Source: Heterodontus francisci
Lineage: Eukaryota
DNA: 64,000 nt
Direction: 5' to 3'
Assembly: GCF_036365525.1 (NCBI RefSeq)
Contig: NW_027140807.1
Coordinates: 930,001-994,000 of the forward strand
Shown: one piece after another, positions 1-11,983 of the stretch
Layout of the letters: every line of letters begins with the position of its first letter
Position numbering within the stretch: position 1 is the stretch's first letter
The notes under the pieces: generated by a model
What the model saw: the letters and a program-made list of their open reading frames with translations, nothing else
Told to the model about the DNA's origin: nothing
Databases searched by the model: none
Translations under genes and position numbers: made by a program

Positions 1-268
1 TTTGAGACACAATTCCTGTTGATATCGAAGGGCTCCAATCAGTTAGAGATTTACTGGTTTGGTTTTGCTGTTGAGGACAAGTGTCGTTATTTAGCGCCAC
101 TGCAGTTGTGCTCAGCGATTCTGGGAATCAGCACATGACCCCTGTGCTGGGGCGTCAGCGGGCTGATCGACTGTAGTGTGCATCGGGAGGTTTACCATTA
201 AAGCTCTCTCTCTCTCCTCATTGTGTCTGTTCTCTTTGACCCGATCTGTTTCTCATGTTCCTCCACAG

Positions 269-570
269 CCCGGTCCTGGAGCGCTCTCGTTACCCAGTGG
301 GGGAACCGGCTGACGGTCGCAGAGGGGAAAACGGTGGAAATGCACTGTTTCCAGAATGACACCAGCGAGAGCTACATGCACTGGTATCGCCAGCAGAGCG
401 GAGCAGGGTTACAGCTCATAGTGACCTCGATTGGCACCTCTGATTCCAGGCCTGAAGAGGGTTTCAAGGAGAGATTTAAAGCCACCAGACCCGATCTTAA
501 AACCTGCAGCCTGAAAATACTGAGGGTGGATCAGACTGACAAGGCGGTGTATTACTGTGCTGCTAGTGAT
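269..570 (+). CDS. TRBV: TCR beta variable (V) exon; leader exon 1 not seen in the window
   Basis: Acceptor ctccacAG at 267-268. Open frame ..ALVTQ..VEMHC(Cys23)FQ..MHWYRQ(Trp41)..DKAVYYCAAS(Cys104), followed directly by a 23-RSS. Confidence 0.96.
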
Positions 571-609
571 CACAGTGATTCAAACAGGTGCAGGGCTGGG
601 TCAAAAACA
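571..609 (+). other. V 23-bp-spacer recombination signal sequence
   Basis: CACAGTG (571-577) + 23 bp + TCAAAAACA (601-609). Confidence 0.96.
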
Positions 610-849
610 TACCACCCTCTTATACTGTGAGTGTTAGAGAGAAAAACTCAAGTAAGCAGAGCTCATAAAGTCAGCTGTTCATTGATGAAACTTTGCAGAG
701 TTTTCCATCAACTTTCAGAGTGTAGATATTTCCTGTTCAAATATATTTCCCAATCTCCTTTCTAAGTTACTGTTGAATCTGCTTCCTCCATCCTTTCAGG
801 CATCGCATTCCTGATCAGAATAACTCAACAAGTTAAAAGAAAAATCTCT

Positions 850-1040
850 TCGTCTGTGCTGGTATTGTCTGTGTGAGTCTGCATCTCTATCTTTCAGCTT
901 GCAAACAGCTCTCGAAGTGATAAATGGATGGCTTGGTTCTGCTGAAAGACAGAGCCATCAAAGTCCGGAAGGATAGATACATCTTATTATCTTAGAATAT
1001 CACCCTGTACCGTTTAAACCGACCATTGTTGTGTTTATCA
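850..1040 (+). pseudogene. possible heavily decayed Vbeta relic
   Basis: Across frameshifts it reads ESASLS..CKQ..DKWMAWFC*K and SYYLRISP..V*TD..VY, resembling V FR1/FR2 and FR3 motifs. No RSS. Confidence 0.25.
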
Positions 1041-1116
1041 CAAATTTTACCCAATCTTGATCATCCGGTTAGCAATCAAGTTACTGCCACTTATCATCGA
1101 CATTCCTAATCACAGA

Positions 1117-1745
1117 ATCAGAAAATTGGTACAGTACAGGTGGCCATTCGGCCCATTGTGTCTGAACCGGCCCTCCGAATGAGCAATTCACTCAGTCCCA
1201 TTCCCTTGCCTTCTCCCCGTAACCCTGCACATTCTTCCTTTTCATAATTCCCTTTTGAATGCCCCGATTGCACCTGCCTGCACCATGCTCTCTGGGCCTG
1301 CACTCCAGACATTAACCATCCACTTTGTGAAACAATTTTTTCCTCATGTCACTTTTACTTCTGTTTCCAATTAGTTTAAATCTGTGCCCTCTCATTGTCC
1401 ATCCTTTCACGAGTGGGAGCAGTTTCTCTCTATCTGTTCTGTCCCGACACCTCATGATTTTGACTCCCTCTATCATACCACCTCTCAGCCTTCTCTTCTC
1501 CAAGGAAAGCAATCCCAACTTCTCCAAATTATCATCATAACTGAGGTCCCTCACCCGTGGAACCATTCTCCTGAATCTTTTCCTCACTCTCTCCAATGCT
1601 TTCATTTCTTTCCTCAAGTGCAGCTCCCAGAACTGGACACAATACTCCAGCTGAGGCTGAACTAGTGTCTTGTACAAGTTCAACTTATTTCCTTGCTCTT
1701 GTACTCTATGCCCCTTTTAATAAAGCCCAGGATACTGCATGCTTT
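1117..1745 (-). mobile_element. CR1-type LINE 3' fragment
   Basis: ORF NLYKTLVQPQLEYCVQFW..LEKLGLLSLEKRRLRG is the typical CR1 ORF2 C-terminus, followed by a CR1-like 3' UTR. Confidence 0.9.
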
Positions 1746-4700
1746 ATTAACTGCTGTCCAGTGCCAATCATGAATAATGTTTGTGGTTAATCTGCGTCTC
1801 AGTATCTTTTTATTGACAAACCGCTAACGTATCCATCTCATTTTCAGAAATTATATTTGGATATCCCTAGGTAGAGCAATCCCCACCTTCTTGGAACGCA
1901 CTGTCTCATAACTGCGTTCAATTCAGGTACTTTGGCCTGAGGAAGGCGCAGCAGGAACTCCCAGGCGCTGGGGCCGAGCTTTCAGATGAAACTTGGGCCA
2001 ACTTGTGTCACACTGAATCTCAACAATAAGGTTTATCCAGCATCTCTCAGCTCTGTACTCTCTGAATTAAACTGTGTTGAGTTCTAGCACTAAGCTAAAC
2101 AGGGCACTGGTATGGAAGGCTGCATTCTGAAGAGGCAGGCTTAGGAATGCAGGATTTGCCAGATGCCAAAAAAAGCCAGGACACCTCGTTCATCTTCTGA
2201 CATCCTTGTCGACCAATAATGTCGTTGTTGATGATGGTAGCCTTTGTAACAGTAGTTGTATTCCAGCAATGATGCTCAGCATAAAGCTGCTGGATTGGCG
2301 GAAAGTGCCACCTGGTTCAGTGATATCCTTTAGGGAAGGGATTTTGCCTCCCTCACCCAATCTGGACTCTCAGTGACTCCAGACCCCGGCAGCAGTGCTG
2401 TTCACCCTTCACTGTCCTGAGGAATGGGCCTCGTCAGCCACGGAGTTGCATTCAAGAAGAAGTCTGCTCAAGAGTGGTCAGACTTGGGAATAAACGTGGC
2501 CCTCGCCAGCCCTCATCCCGTAACAGAACAGAAATAAAACAATTGCGGTGACTTGATCTATAACAGGGCCCAGGCATGAGGCGGGGAATGCACCAAAATG
2601 CCAGGCCCAAAGTCCCTGTTCCTCCCAAGCAGGCAGCTCTTGTCACATGTCATGTCTCAACTTAACCATCGACTGCATCCCAAAAATGTTCCTCACTGAA
2701 GGAAATCTATCAAATCTGGATATGGATAGATCAATACCATGGGGCAAACACAGTCTTAGGGCTCCTATTGAAAAAAGAATGACTGGTGTCTCATTGACAT
2801 ACTTCCACATGTCATGTTAAACCTCTTCAACACTGACCTGTTCAGATGATAACCAGCCTGCTCTTGACAGAATTCCCTGGCGTTCTGGGAGGAATTTGTC
2901 CCAGGGCAGTTCCTACTCCAACACAGCCAAATAAGTAGGGTTTGCTTGACTGGAACCCTGTCTGCGGTGAGAATGCACCCATAGAGATAACAGATAAGGC
3001 TCATCGACTCCCAATAGCTTTGTTGTCACGCTTCATATGCCAAAGGGTGGAGAATAGTTTTACTTTTATTGAATAAAGGCAATGATGTCAAGTTGTTCCT
3101 TTCTGATCTGTCCACATTGTAGCATCACAGAAAGATTCAACAGAAAGGAGATCTTCCCGCCTCTGCTTGCTTTTATGAAAAATCTATCCAGTTAGTCCCA
3201 CTCTCCTGCCCTTTTGCCCTAGTCCTGGAAATCTTCCGCTCCAAGGATCTATCCAATTCCCTTTTGAAAGCTGAATCCCATTCCACTGCCCTTTCAGGCG
3301 ATGTGTTCCAGATCTTTAATACCCGTCCCAGTCAGAATCTTTCTCCTCGTCCACTTCTGGTACTTTTGCCACTGACCCTAAATCAGCGCCTCCCTGGTTA
3401 ACGACCTTCCTGCCACAGAAAACAGCTTCTCCCTGTTCAATTTATCAAAACCCTTCCTGATTTCCAACACCACCTTCCGCTGGGTCCCTTAACCTTCTCT
3501 GCTCTGATTATAATTCATTCCGATCGGCTGGAAATTGCACTGAAATCTACAAACTTCCCTTATCAAAATCTGGTTTGGCCTGTAACTGGCTTCAGGGTTT
3601 GCCATGACGTGACTTCATGGTCAAGTGAAACACGGATTAGACCGGAAGAGAAAGATAATATTTTAGACGGTATGTGCTGTGATGACACAATGATCTGACA
3701 CTGCAAACGCGCAGGAACCACTTACATCAGAACATTAGAAAATAGGAGCAGGAGTAAGCCATTCGGCCCGCCGTGTCTGCTCCTCCACATAATGAAGATC
3801 TTGAGGATCTGCTACCTTCACTCCACTTTCCCGCCATATTCCTACATCCCTGGATTCCCTTGGTGCCTAAAATCTATGGATCTCATGTCTTCAATATTCT
3901 CAATGACTGAGAATTCCACAGCTCTCTGAATTCCAAAGATTCATAACCCTCTGAGTGAAGACATTCCTCCTCCTCTAAGTACGATAGATGGACCCCTTAT
4001 CCTGAAGATTCGACCCCTTATTTCTAGGTTCTCCAGCCAGGAGGGAAGCAGCCTCTCAGTGTGTACCCTGTCAAGCCCACTCATAATCTTGTACGTTTCA
4101 AATGGTTCACCTCTGATTCTTCCAGAGAATAACAGCCCATTAGCCTCAATTTCTCCTCATAGGGCAGCCTTCTCCTCCGAGGAACCAATTGAGTGAACCT
4201 TCGTTGCAACCTCCTCTAAGGCAAATACATGCTTCAGTAGATGAGGAAAGCAACACTCTACACAACACTATAGGTGTGTTGTTACCAAAGTCCCAACTTG
4301 CTGCAGAAAGATTTCCTTACTCTTATGTTTCAAACGCCTTACAATAAAAGCTAACATGTTACTCGCCTTCCTAATTCCTTGCTGTGCATTGATGCAAAAT
4401 TGCTCCCATTCATATACACGGGTCCCTCTTGCAGTATCAATAAAGGGAAGAATGTTGTTATTGAAATTACTCACCCTGTTGCTCGACCACTTTTGCTACA
4501 GCCCCAGATATTTTCAAATTGGACTGGCGTTCCCGAAATCTACAACAGGCCGTCATTTCTTTTCTTTAGCTTTTATAAAGTGGAAGACTTTTGATGGGCT
4601 CTTGACGCTTAGATGTCCTCCAGCCTTTACGGATTCGAGATGCTGTGCACATTTCCAACCTCCATTATGCCAGTGGAGTCGAAAGTGAGTTCCTTAGCTG

Positions 4701-5121
4701 ATGTGTTCTCTGATGATTGAAGCAAAATTGCAGGGACGCAGATCAGAAGTCTTTTCCACGTGCCAACAAGATAGTAACCCTTTACTTGCAGGGTCCAAGA
4801 TCGAGCAGCGTTATAAAACTCCCGGTCGGCACCCTGTCTCGAAATTTCAATGTGAGGTGAATGCACATAACCAGGAATGAATTCCAACTGATGCATCTTC
4901 GATCCAATACTGGTAGCGGAGGGGTGGGTGGGGGAGGGGGGGGAGTTTCGCTCCACTTGTCACCATCTGGTCATCTTTGCACATGGCAATAAATAATCCT
5001 ACATGTCACTGGAAGTAGGTAGCATTGATCATACTCTGGCTGCGACTCGGTAACGCCAGATGAATGATCCAAATGGTGAACGGTGATGAAAATCATTCAG
5101 ACTTCATCGTATTCCCTCTGC

Positions 5122-5232
5122 GGCCGCCAGAGGGCGCGATCACTCGCTGAATGGAAATTCATTGTCTCTCCATCTGCTCGAATTCTATTTGCTGCTCCGA
5201 GATCTGCGGAGTACTGCGCCATCTCCTGGTGG
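5122..5232. promoter_or_regulatory. pair of CTCF-like motifs between V and D1
   Basis: CCGCCAGAGGGCGC on + (5124-5137) and CCAGGAGATGGCGC on - (5216-5229) match the CTCF core CCASYAGRKGGCRS. A weaker reverse site is at 6511-6524. Confidence 0.6.
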
Positions 5233-5669
5233 AAACTGAGAATGACCAGATAATCTGTTTTGGTAAAGTTGGTTCAGGTATGTCTATCGCCCCAGATAAC
5301 CCTCGAGAATTCCCCTGTTATTCTCCGAAATAGTGGCTGTGAGATCCTTCCCATCTGCAGTCGGGACCTCGTTTTAACATCTCAGCCAAAATAAAGAGAG
5401 TACCTCGGTGCTACACCTCCACACGGTGCAGCACTTCCTCTGTCCTGCACTGGGGGTGTCAGCCTCGATTTTATGTTTAAATCTCGCTCCGGGGACTTAA
5501 ACCCACAAACCTCTGACTCAGTGCCGAGGTGCTCCTCACTAAACCACGTCTGATATATAAAGACACATCAGAGGAAGTGGTAAGTCATACAAGATGCTTT
5601 GAGGTTCTCCCATCTGTAGAGATGATGAATGCTGCATGGCCTTTTGAAACAACCAGCACTCTGTAGACT

Positions 5670-6045
5670 AATCAGGAAACCAAGAGTCGGATACACATTT
5701 TTTGATGAGGTAACAGAGAGGGTTAATGAGGGTAATGCGGTTGATGTGGTGTACATGAACTTCAAAAAAAGCGTTTGATAAAGTACTACATAACAGGCTT
5801 GTCAGCAAAGATAACGCCCATGGAATAAAAGGGGCATTAGCAACATGGATACAAAGCAACATGGAACAGAGTAGTGGTAAACAGTTGGTGTTCAGTCTGA
5901 AGGAAGGTATATAGTGGGGTTCTCCAGGGACCACTGCTTGTCTTGATCGATATTAATAACATAGACTTGGGTGTGCAGGGCACATTTGCAAACTTTGCAG
6001 CATTGTGAACCGTGAGGAGGATGGTGATAGATTTTAAGAGGACGT
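5670..6045 (+). mobile_element. CR1 LINE reverse-transcriptase fragment (decayed)
   Basis: Frameshifted FFDEVT..VDVVY..F.KAFDKV.H.RL and F.DD-region motifs. Confidence 0.75.
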
Positions 6046-6584
6046 TACATCAAGCGACAACATACAAGTGCTGAAAACTATAGCAACAGGACGCGAAATC
6101 CCGGTCGTGACAAATTCGAATCAAATTTTCTGTGAATGCAGAGTTTAATTCGTCTCCCCCCGTGGAAGAAACGTCAAGCGAAACTGCCGACAGAGTCCGT
6201 TTCTGGAAGACATGTTCCAAGTCCCAAACCTCCTGTTCACAGGTCAGCACGAGCGTGTAATTAAACAGCTGCAATTTGCATTTATATACCGACTTCACCG
6301 TCCCGAGATAAACGGCCCGAAGAGCGTAAATCTGCCAACTATTTGACACAGAGTTACAGCAGAAATTGTTCGGAGGTGTGGGCCAAAGCTGGGAAGATTT
6401 GGAGGAGAGAGATGTGGAGGGGCTTTGGGAGGGAATGGCAGAGCTGAGGTCGCTGTCAGAGGAAGGAGCGGCTGTGAAGTGAAGAAGTGATCAGGATTAG
6501 TGGAGCAATAGCGCCACCTACCGCCCATCGATCGCCAATGCAGCCAATTTCGTTAATTCAGTACTGAGGTTTGCTGCATTGTTG

Positions 6585-7430
6585 GAGGGTCAGTACTGAG
6601 GGAGTGCTGCACTGTCAGAGGGTCAGTACTGAGGGAGTGCTGCACTGTTGGAGCGTCAGTACTGAGGGAGTGCTGCATGTCAGAGTGTCAGTACTGAGGG
6701 AGTGCTGCACTGTCAGAGGGTTAGTACTGAGGTAATGCTGCACTGTCAGAGGGTCAGTACTGAGGGAGCACTGCACTGGCAGAGTGTCTGTACTGAGGGA
6801 GTGCTGCATGTCAGAGTGTCTGTACTGAGGGATTGCAGCACTGTCAGAGGGTCAGTACTGAGGGAGTGCTGCACTGTCCGAGGGTCAGTACTGAGGGAGT
6901 GCTGCATGTCAGAGTGTCAGTACTGAGGGAGTGCTGCACTGTCAGAGGGTTAGTACTGAGGTAATGCTGCACTGTCAGAGGGTCAGTACTGAGGGAGCAC
7001 TGCACTGGCAGAGTGTCTGTACTGAGGGAGTGCTGCATGTCAGAGTGTCTGTACTGAGGGATTGCAGCACTGTCAGAGGGTCAGTACTGAGGGAGTGCTG
7101 CTCTGTCAGAGTGTCAGTTCTGAGGGAGTGCTGCACTGTCAGAGTGTCAGTACTGAGGGAGTGCTGCACTCTCAGATGGTCAGTACTGAGGGAGTGCTGC
7201 ACTGTCAGTGGGTCAGTACTGAGGGAGTGCTGCACTGTCTGAGTGTCCGAACTGAGGGAGTGCTGCACTGTCAGAGGGTCAGTACTGAGGGAGTGCTGCA
7301 CTGTCAGAGGGTCAGGACTGAGGGAGTGCTGCACTGTCAGAGGGTCAGTACTGAGGAAGTGCTGCACTGTCCGAGGGTCAGTACTGTGGGAGTGCTGCAC
7401 TCTCAGAGGGTCAGTACAGAGGGAGTGCTG
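6585..7430. repeat. about 33-bp tandem minisatellite
   Basis: Unit CAGTACTGAGGGAGTGCTGCACTGTCAGAGGGT, roughly 25 copies. Confidence 0.95.
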
Positions 7431-8925
7431 AATTTGCACCTGAGATTTTAAACCAGCGGCTTGTCTGCCTTCTCAGGTGAGACACACTTTATCCCTTGGA
7501 CTGTGTCCTGAGGCAAATCGCAAAGAAACAGGCCATTCGGCCCAACAGATTCATGCTGGCGTTCATCCTCCACACGAGCTTCCTCGCTCCCGTCTTCATC
7601 TCACCCCATCAGTAGATCCTTCCAAATCTGCCCCACCCCCATTTGTTTATCCAGATTCCCTCTTGAATACATCTCCGCTATTCACCTTATCCCACTCCTT
7701 ACATCCTCCCACTCTCTGGGTAAAGAAGTTTCTCCTGAATTGCCGATTTTATTTATTAGTGACTATCTTTCTATTGATGGTTCGGAGTTCCTGACTCCCC
7801 CACAAGTGAAAACATCTTTTGCACGTCTACCCTATCAAAAACTCTTTCATAATCTTAAATCCATCCATCAGATCACCCCCTCAGCCTTCTCTTTACAGCC
7901 CTTCCTGATAATTATAACCTCTCAGTTCTGATATCATCCTTGTCATTATTTTTTTGCCCCTTCTCCTGTATCTCTATAGCTCTTTAAAATGAATACCAGA
8001 ACTGGGAAAAGTGTTCTAACTGTGGTCTAAGCTAGATTCTATACAAGTTTAACATGACTTCTCATCGCTCTATAATGTCCAGGGAACATTTAGAAGCAGC
8101 AATGGATTCCTACTTTGTGCCATGTTTGCAAAAGGACAAAGGGAAATGTACTTACTTTGATGACTCCATAATCGCCTTTCTTTGAAAATGTTTTGTGTCC
8201 ATATCCCAATCCTTCATTCAACGTCCGCCTTTATTGTTAGAAATTTTTTGAACCTCTTCAACCCAGAACCTCGCGTTACCTTCATCTGAAGAGCAAGCAG
8301 CATCAGAACCGAACAAAAGAGTAAAACCCTCAATGTTAGAGTTGAGGACCAGGTGCATGGGTGATGGGTGTTGGTGTGCAGACAGATCAGCTGAAATGAT
8401 AACAGCACCGCAACAGAACACCTGGGAACTTGCACACCCCTGGTTTGGCAGACCTGGGACTCTCTGAGTGATAGGTGAAGAGATTGCAGTGTACACGATT
8501 TACTGTATACATTAAGTGTGTTCTGTTTGAGGACCCGTAGCCGGTGCTTCCTGAGATCCTGCAGGTTGTGGAGGGACAATGCAGGTAAAGAAAAGGGTAA
8601 GGAACGGAGGCAGGGATTGGGATAAGGGGTGAATTGAGAGGGACAGAAAGNNNNNNNNNNNNNNNNNNNNNNNNNNNNNNNNNNNNNNNNNNNNNNNNNN
8701 NNNNNNNNNNNNNNNNNNNNNNNNNNNNNNNNNNNNNNNNNNNNNNNNNNNNNNNNNNNNNNNNNNNNNNNNNNNNNNNNNNNNNNNNNNNNNNNNNNNN
8801 NNNNNNNNNNNNNNNNNNNNNNNNNNNNNNNNNNNNNNNNNNNNNNNNNNNNNNNNNNNNNNNNNNNNNNNNNNNNNNNNNNNNNNNNNNNNNNNNNNNN
8901 NNNNNNNNNNNNNNNNNNNNNNNNN

Positions 8926-10296
8926 AATGGCCTCCTCCTGTTCCGGTGTAACAGATTCAAGAGGGGCTGAATGTCCTCCTCCTGTTCCTGTGTAACAGAC
9001 TGCAAAGGGCCTGATTGTCCCGCTCCTGTTCCTGTGTAACAGACTCGAGAGAGGCTGAATGTCCTCCTGCTGTTCCCGTGTAACAGACTGGAGAGGGGCT
9101 GAATGTCCTCCTCCTGTTTCTGTGTAACAGGCTCTAGCGGGGCTGAATGTCCTCCTCCTGTTCCTGTGTAATGGAATGAAGAGGGGCTGAATGTCCTCCT
9201 CCCGGTCATGTGTAACAGACTGGAGAGGGGCTGAAAGTCCTCCTCCTTTTCCTGTGCAACAAGCTCGAGAGGGGCTGAAATTCCTCCTCCTGTTCCTGTG
9301 TAACAGACTGGAGAGGGGCTGAATGTCCTCCTCCTGTTCCTGTGTAACTGGCTCGAGAGGGGCTGAATGTCCTCCTCCTGTTCCTGTGTAACAGGCTCGA
9401 GAGGGGCTGAATGTCCTCCTCCTGTTCCTGTGTAACAGGCTCGAGAGGGGCTGAATGTCCTCCTTCTTTTCCTGTGTAACACACTGGAGAGGGGCTGAAT
9501 GTCCTCCTCCTGTTCCTGTGTAACAGACTGGAGAGGGGCTGAATGTCCTCCTCCTGTTCCTGTGTAACAGACTGGAGAGGGGCTGAATGTCCTCCTCCTG
9601 TTCCTGTGTAACAGGCTCGAGTGGGGTTGAATGTCCTCCTCCTGTTCCTGTGTAACAGACTGGAGAGGGGCTGAATGTCCTCCTCCTGTTCCTGTGTAGC
9701 AGGCTGGAGAGGGGCTGAATATCCTCCTTCTGTTCCTGTGTAACAGGCTCGAGAGGGGCTGAATGTCCTCCTCCTGTTCCTGTGTAACAGGCTCGAGAGG
9801 GGCTGAATGTCCTCCTTCTGTTCCTGTGTAACACACTGGAGAGGGGCTGAATGTCCTCCTCCTGTTCCTGTGTAACAGACTGGAGAGGGGTTGAATGTCC
9901 TCCTCCTGTTCCTGTGTAACAGACTGGAGAGGGGCTGAATGTCCTCCTCCTGTTCCTGTGTAACAGGCTCGAGAGGGGCTGAATGTCCTCCTCCTGTTCC
10001 TGTGTGGCAGACTGGAGAGGTGCTGAATGTCCTCCTCCTGTTCCTGTGTAACAGACTGCATTGGGGCTGAATGTCCCCCTCCTGTTCCTTTGTAGCAGGC
10101 TCGAGAGGGGCTGAATGTCCTCCTTCTGTTACTGTGTAACACACTGGAGAGGGGCTGAATGTCCTCCTCCTGTTCCTGTGTAACAGACTGGAGAGGGGTT
10201 GAATGTCCTCCTCCTGTTACTGTGTAACAGACTGGAGAGGGGTTGAATGTCCTCCTCCTGTTCATGTGAAACAGATTTGAGAGGGGCTGAATGCCC
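8926..10296. repeat. 44-bp tandem minisatellite just upstream of D1
   Basis: Unit GAGAGGGGCTGAATGTCCTCCTCCTGTTCCTGTGTAACAGACTG, roughly 30 copies. It resembles the CR1/SINE 3' tail motif gggctgaatggcctcctcctg. Confidence 0.95.
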
Positions 10297-10412
10297 TTTA
10301 ATTGTGCTACAAAGGTCTAACTAAATTTCAGCACCTCAATCTCAACTGCCGTCACCAGGTGAAAGCCTCGGGAGCCGTTTAAGCGGCGGGGACTTGTAAA
10401 TTTCGCGTTCCT

Positions 10413-10492
10413 CTTTTTTGCATGTGTGTCTATCACTGTGGGGACAACAGGGACACGGTGATAAAATCCAATGCAACCTCCGTACAAAAACC
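10413..10492 (+). other. TRBD: TCR beta D1 segment GGGACAACAGGGA (10441-10453) with 5' 12-RSS and 3' 23-RSS
   Basis: CTTTTTTGC-12-CACTGTG | D | CACGGTG-23-ACAAAAACC. All three frames are open. Confidence 0.96.
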
Positions 10493-10978
10493 TCGCTCTA
10501 CACACCTGGTGGAGGATCAGCAGACGAGCAGTGACAACAGAGTGAACGAGTCAACATGGCCCAGGATTATGGCGGGAACTGGGCCCTTTTCATCATAAAG
10601 ATGTCTCAGAATGGTCCAGCTTTATAAGCTAGAATATTCCTCTGGAAAAGAGAATAACTGTGTGTCATTTGTGTGGAAACTGGTTACTCTTTAACCTTTA
10701 AACCCCACCCTGGTGTCCTGGGACCAATATTGATCCCTCAACCAACATCACAAACAATGATCTGCTCATTAATCTCACGGTTGTTTGATGGGACTTTCTT
10801 GGTACAATATCAGTTGCTGCGTCTCCCTGTGGTGACCACTTCATAAACAAACTGCTTCATTGGCTGCAAGCTGCTTTGTACGTCCTGATAATCTTGACCA
10901 GTGCTTCCGAAATGCTGAGCAGGTCACTTTTAGCAATCAGTTTCCGACCGGGTTGATGTAACGAGATCTGCTGACGTG

Positions 10979-11029
10979 CTAACAACGCACCACTCAACTT
11001 CGGGACCGGCACCAAACTGACGGTGTTAG
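10979..11029 (+). CDS. TRBJ: J1.1 NNAPLNFGTGTKLTVL
   Basis: FGxG motif; GGTTGATGT-12-TGACGTG RSS; GT donor at 11030. Confidence 0.92.
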
Positions 11030-11271
11030 GTAAGAAAAAGGGACGTTTTTTTCCCACTCCCTTCATGTCCAGCTGTTTGCATTCCAAGCTTGTACCCCCC
11101 CAACCCTCCACGGGCGGTTTAAAAAGTCAGGCTGATGACAATGGCCCTTCTTTCTGGTTTGCAAAGACCAGTCCAATATGACCCTCGTCTGTAAACCACC
11201 CCGTCCTGTCTCGTTCAGTTACAAGGGGAACATCTCCCGGGTCTGTTCATGACTGAGTTTAGAGCATCGTG

Positions 11272-11319
11272 CAGCAGAGATAGCTTACTTTGGCGATGGG
11301 ACCAAGTTGACAGTGTTGG
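11272..11319 (+). CDS. TRBJ: J1.2 AEIAYFGDGTKLTVL
   Basis: FGxG; TGTTCATGA-12-CATCGTG; GT donor. Confidence 0.92.
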
Positions 11320-11933
11320 GTAAGGCGACTATGTATTTCTGTTCCTCCAATCGATCAGAATCTATGTTCAGTTAAAAAAGCACCAGGAGTAATGTTCAGA
11401 TATTAGATACATTAAAGGGTTAACTCATGAGGACTGGTTACTCAGACGAAGCTGACAGTCCCTCGAATATAGAATTTTAAGGGCTGATATCATGGAGGGA
11501 TTTGAGGTGTTGGATAGATAGAGAGAGAAACTGCTTCCTCAGGTTGCGGGGAGTCCAGAACAGTTTAAATTATTGCCATTCAGGGATGATATCAGGAAGC
11601 ACTTCTTCATGCAAAGGTTAGTGGAAATGATGGATTCCACCCCGACCCCATAAAAAACAATCAGTTGAGACTGAGGGTCAATTGATAAATACAAATCCAA
11701 GATTGATAGAGCTGTGTAAAACAAAAGTATTGAGGGTTACAGAACCAAGGCGGATTGATGGAGTTAAGATTCAGATCAACCTTGATCGAACTGATCGAAG
11801 GGCTGAACGGTCACCTTCTGTCCCCATGTTCCACCGACCTTTACGGTCATTGACATAATAGGAACTTCAATGGAACAGACTTAACAGTCGAGAGGGATTG
11901 AAGGGGATTTTGTGACAGCCCCATACCAGTGTG

Positions 11934-11983
11934 CTCCAATTACGAAGCATATTTCGGAGATGGGACCAAACTGGTGGTTTTAG
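11934..11983 (+). CDS. TRBJ: J1.3 SNYEAYFGDGTKLVVL
   Basis: FGxG; GATTTTGTG-12-CAGTGTG; GTGAGT donor. Confidence 0.93.

Noticed and set aside
2700-3004. Minus-strand ORF (DRVPVKQT..C..FCQEQAG..KRFNMT) as an inverted V relic
   Set aside because: Only a vague resemblance; no Trp41, no YYC and no RSS.
4452-4690. Hydrophobic MLLLKLLTLLL as a V leader exon
   Set aside because: No GT donor and no V exon downstream.
6585-7430. 33-bp repeat array as a CRISPR array or zinc-finger-like Cys/His ORF
   Set aside because: Head-to-tail repeats with no unique spacers in vertebrate DNA; a satellite.
8214-10265. 683-aa and 440-aa minus-strand ORFs
   Set aside because: They are translations of the 44-bp minisatellite and run through an N gap.
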